Position numbers and translations under genes: made by a program. The notes below the pieces were generated by a model. That model saw only the letters and a program-made list of their open reading frames with translations. It did no database searches and was not told the DNA's origin. From Octopus vulgaris (Eukaryota), in the NCBI GenBank assembly GCA_951406725.2, contig OX597814.1, positions 115,444,001 to 115,508,000 on the forward strand: a stretch of DNA of 64,000 nucleotides, written 5' to 3'. Each line of letters opens with the position of its first letter. The stretch's first letter is position 1. Positions 61,601-64,000 of the stretch are shown piece after piece.

Positions 61601-61856
61601 AAATGAAATACTGCATGAGATTTAAGAGTTTTTTAACGTCTTTCATTGATGGCAGATGAATTAAATGTACCATAGTTTATTGTAGGATATAAATAATATG
61701 ACCAATTGCTTATCAGGAAATTTGTAAGTCCGAATTTTTTTTTCCTTTTTTAAGTACCACCATTATAGGTATTTATACTCCAATGAAATTAAGAAATCAA
61801 CTCATAAATAAACAAAACCTTCGAATCCATCACAGTAATCACACATACACACACAG

Positions 61857-61905
<49 letters not shown>

Positions 61906-62839
61906 TTCATATCTATGTATGTATTTAGGTATGTTTGAAGAATATCAAACCAAATTTTCATCACTGCAAGCCGATCACCCAAACAGTACTTCTGCCAAAT
62001 TTGGTGAAAATCCATTCACTCATTTCCCAGTAATTTTGCAAACACACAGACAAACAAAGATGAGGGGTAATGTTGATATTATATTATACCACATTGTTAT
62101 ACCAAACAACATTCTTATATTCTTTAACTTTATTTTATTATGTTATATAACATTATTATATTATACAGTATCATTATATTAAATTACATTATTACATTTT
62201 ATCAAATAACAATATTTGCTTCATACAACTTTGTTACATTATATAACATTATCATCATATATATAAATGATAACATTATTGAATCGAATATTCTATAACA
62301 TTATTGTTTTGAATGACATATAATGTTGTACAACATTATGTATAACATTATTATATCGTATTATGCATCACTATTATATTATACAGCATTGTCGTATATT
62401 ATAACACTATAATATTATAAAATATGTTATATAACATTATTATGATATATAACAATATTATGATATATAACATATTATAAACCATTATTATATTATATAA
62501 CATGATGACATTATAGGACATCATTATATACTGCATAACATTTTTCATATTATATGACATTGTTATATTATATAACATTATAAAACATTGTATTATATAA
62601 TGTTATATAACATTATATTATATGTCATTATTATATTCCTAGCATGTTTGTTTCATCAAACATGCTGCAAAGTTTTATTAATGATAGGAAATATAGCATG
62701 AACACAATGCGAGAAAACTTACATAAATGTCAGCAATTGTGTAAATGTATGTACATACATAGAACTGAAGCATTTGAACAATCAGAGACATTGTTCACAA
62801 TACCCCCAACCATGTAATATATACATACATATATATATG

Positions 62840-62959
62840 GCTTATGGCCATATCACATTGAAAGCACCAGTTATCGTCTGATCACCGAAGTTAAGCAACG
62901 TCGAGCCTAGTGAGTACTTAGATGTGTAACCACTTGGAAAGCCTAGGTGCTGTAAGCGT
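62840..62959 (+). rRNA. Dispersed, divergent 5S rRNA copy (probable pseudogene)
   Basis: GCTTATGGCCATATCACATTGAAAGCACCAGTTATCGTCTGATCACCGAAGTTAAGCAACGTCGAGCCTAGTGAGTACTTAGATGTGTAACCACTTGGAAAGCCTAGGTGCTGTAAGC is colinear with invertebrate 5S rRNA. Helix I ends still pair and a TTTT run follows at 62967-62970. Many changes look like CpG decay, and box C is altered. Confidence 0.88.
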
Positions 62960-63367
62960 GTCACACTTTTATAGGTACAGGGGTGGCTGTCTGGTAAGAT
63001 GCTTGCTTCCCAACCACATGGTTCCAGGTTCAATCTCACTGTGTGGCATCTTGAGCAAGTGTCTTCTACTATAGACTTGGGCCGACCAAATCCTTGTGAG
63101 TGGATTAGGTAGACAGAAACTGAAAGAAGCTTGTCATATGAATATGTATATGCATGTGTGTGTGTGTGTATGCTTGTATACCTGTGCTTGTCCCTCCAAC
63201 ATTGCTTGACAATGCTGGTGTGTTTACGACCCCATAACCTAGCAGTTTGGCAAAAGAGACAGACAGAATAAGTACTAAGCTTACAAAGAATAAGTTCTGG
63301 GGTTGATTTGCTCAACTAAAGGCAGTGCTCCAGCATGGCCACACTCAAATGACTGAAACAAATAAAA

Positions 63368-63415
<48 letters not shown>

Positions 63416-64000
63416 AACTTCCACTTTTCCCTGCTCACAAGGATCAGACAGATCTAGTACAGCCAGATGCTCTTCTTGTTACTAACCCTCACCTGTTCCC
63501 AAGTAAGGTAATGCTTCACGATGCCTAGACAAGAATACATGGAAGATTAGAACTAAAAGAACCCCTCTTGCATGACAGTGACACTCGCTTACAGCTATTA
63601 CCTGATATCTCCTGAGGTAAGGAGAGAATGAAAGAAACACACACATACATGTATATATATATATACATATATATGTATATATTACATGGATGTAAAACAA
63701 ACCAGCACCAGATGTCAAGAAGTGGTGGGGGAGAAACACAAGCACAGAGACTCACACACACACACGTGTATATACATATATATATATATGTGTGTGTATG
63801 CGTATATATATATATATATATATGTGTATGTATGTATATATGTATGTATACAATGGGCTTCCTTCAGTTTCCATCTATCAAATCCACTCACAAAGTTTTG
63901 GTAGGCCCAGGGCTATAGTAGAAGACACTTACCCACAGTGTCACAAGGTGGGATTGAACCGAGAACTGTGTGGTTGAGCAGCTTCTTAACACAGCCAAAT

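Noticed and set aside
57950-64000. UCK first exon with start codon and P-loop (GGTASGK-like)
   Set aside because: No matching minus-strand sequence was found by eye. It probably lies beyond the window.

Overview
This is repeat-dense, AT-rich eukaryotic DNA. The SINE, LINE and microsatellite families look like those of Octopus (a coleoid cephalopod); this is inferred from recognition, not from a database search. One host gene is clear: a uridine-cytidine kinase (UCK1/2-type) on the minus strand. Six GT-AG exons lie between 57949 and 23607 and join in frame into 214 aa plus a stop. The first exon (start codon and P-loop) was not found and probably lies beyond 64000. The rest is mostly transposon debris: RTE LINEs (one long 5'-truncated copy with APE, RT and a PHD-like finger), an R4/Dong-like LINE between (TAA)n tracts, mariner remnants, nested hAT MITEs, piggyBac-like MITEs, Helitron-like elements, three SINE families, a divergent 5S rRNA copy and many microsatellites. 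The most interesting signal is a set of non-coding, often palindromic elements embedded in (TA)n tracts (10563-10741, 38123-38254, 44817-45954, 46007-46450, 47090-47587). They carry complete, truncated or decayed minimal type-I hammerhead-ribozyme-like motifs, the signature of Penelope-like retroelement pseudo-LTRs. One forms a 1.14-kb fold-back inside a UCK intron. All motifs were read by eye; no searches or folding programs were run.
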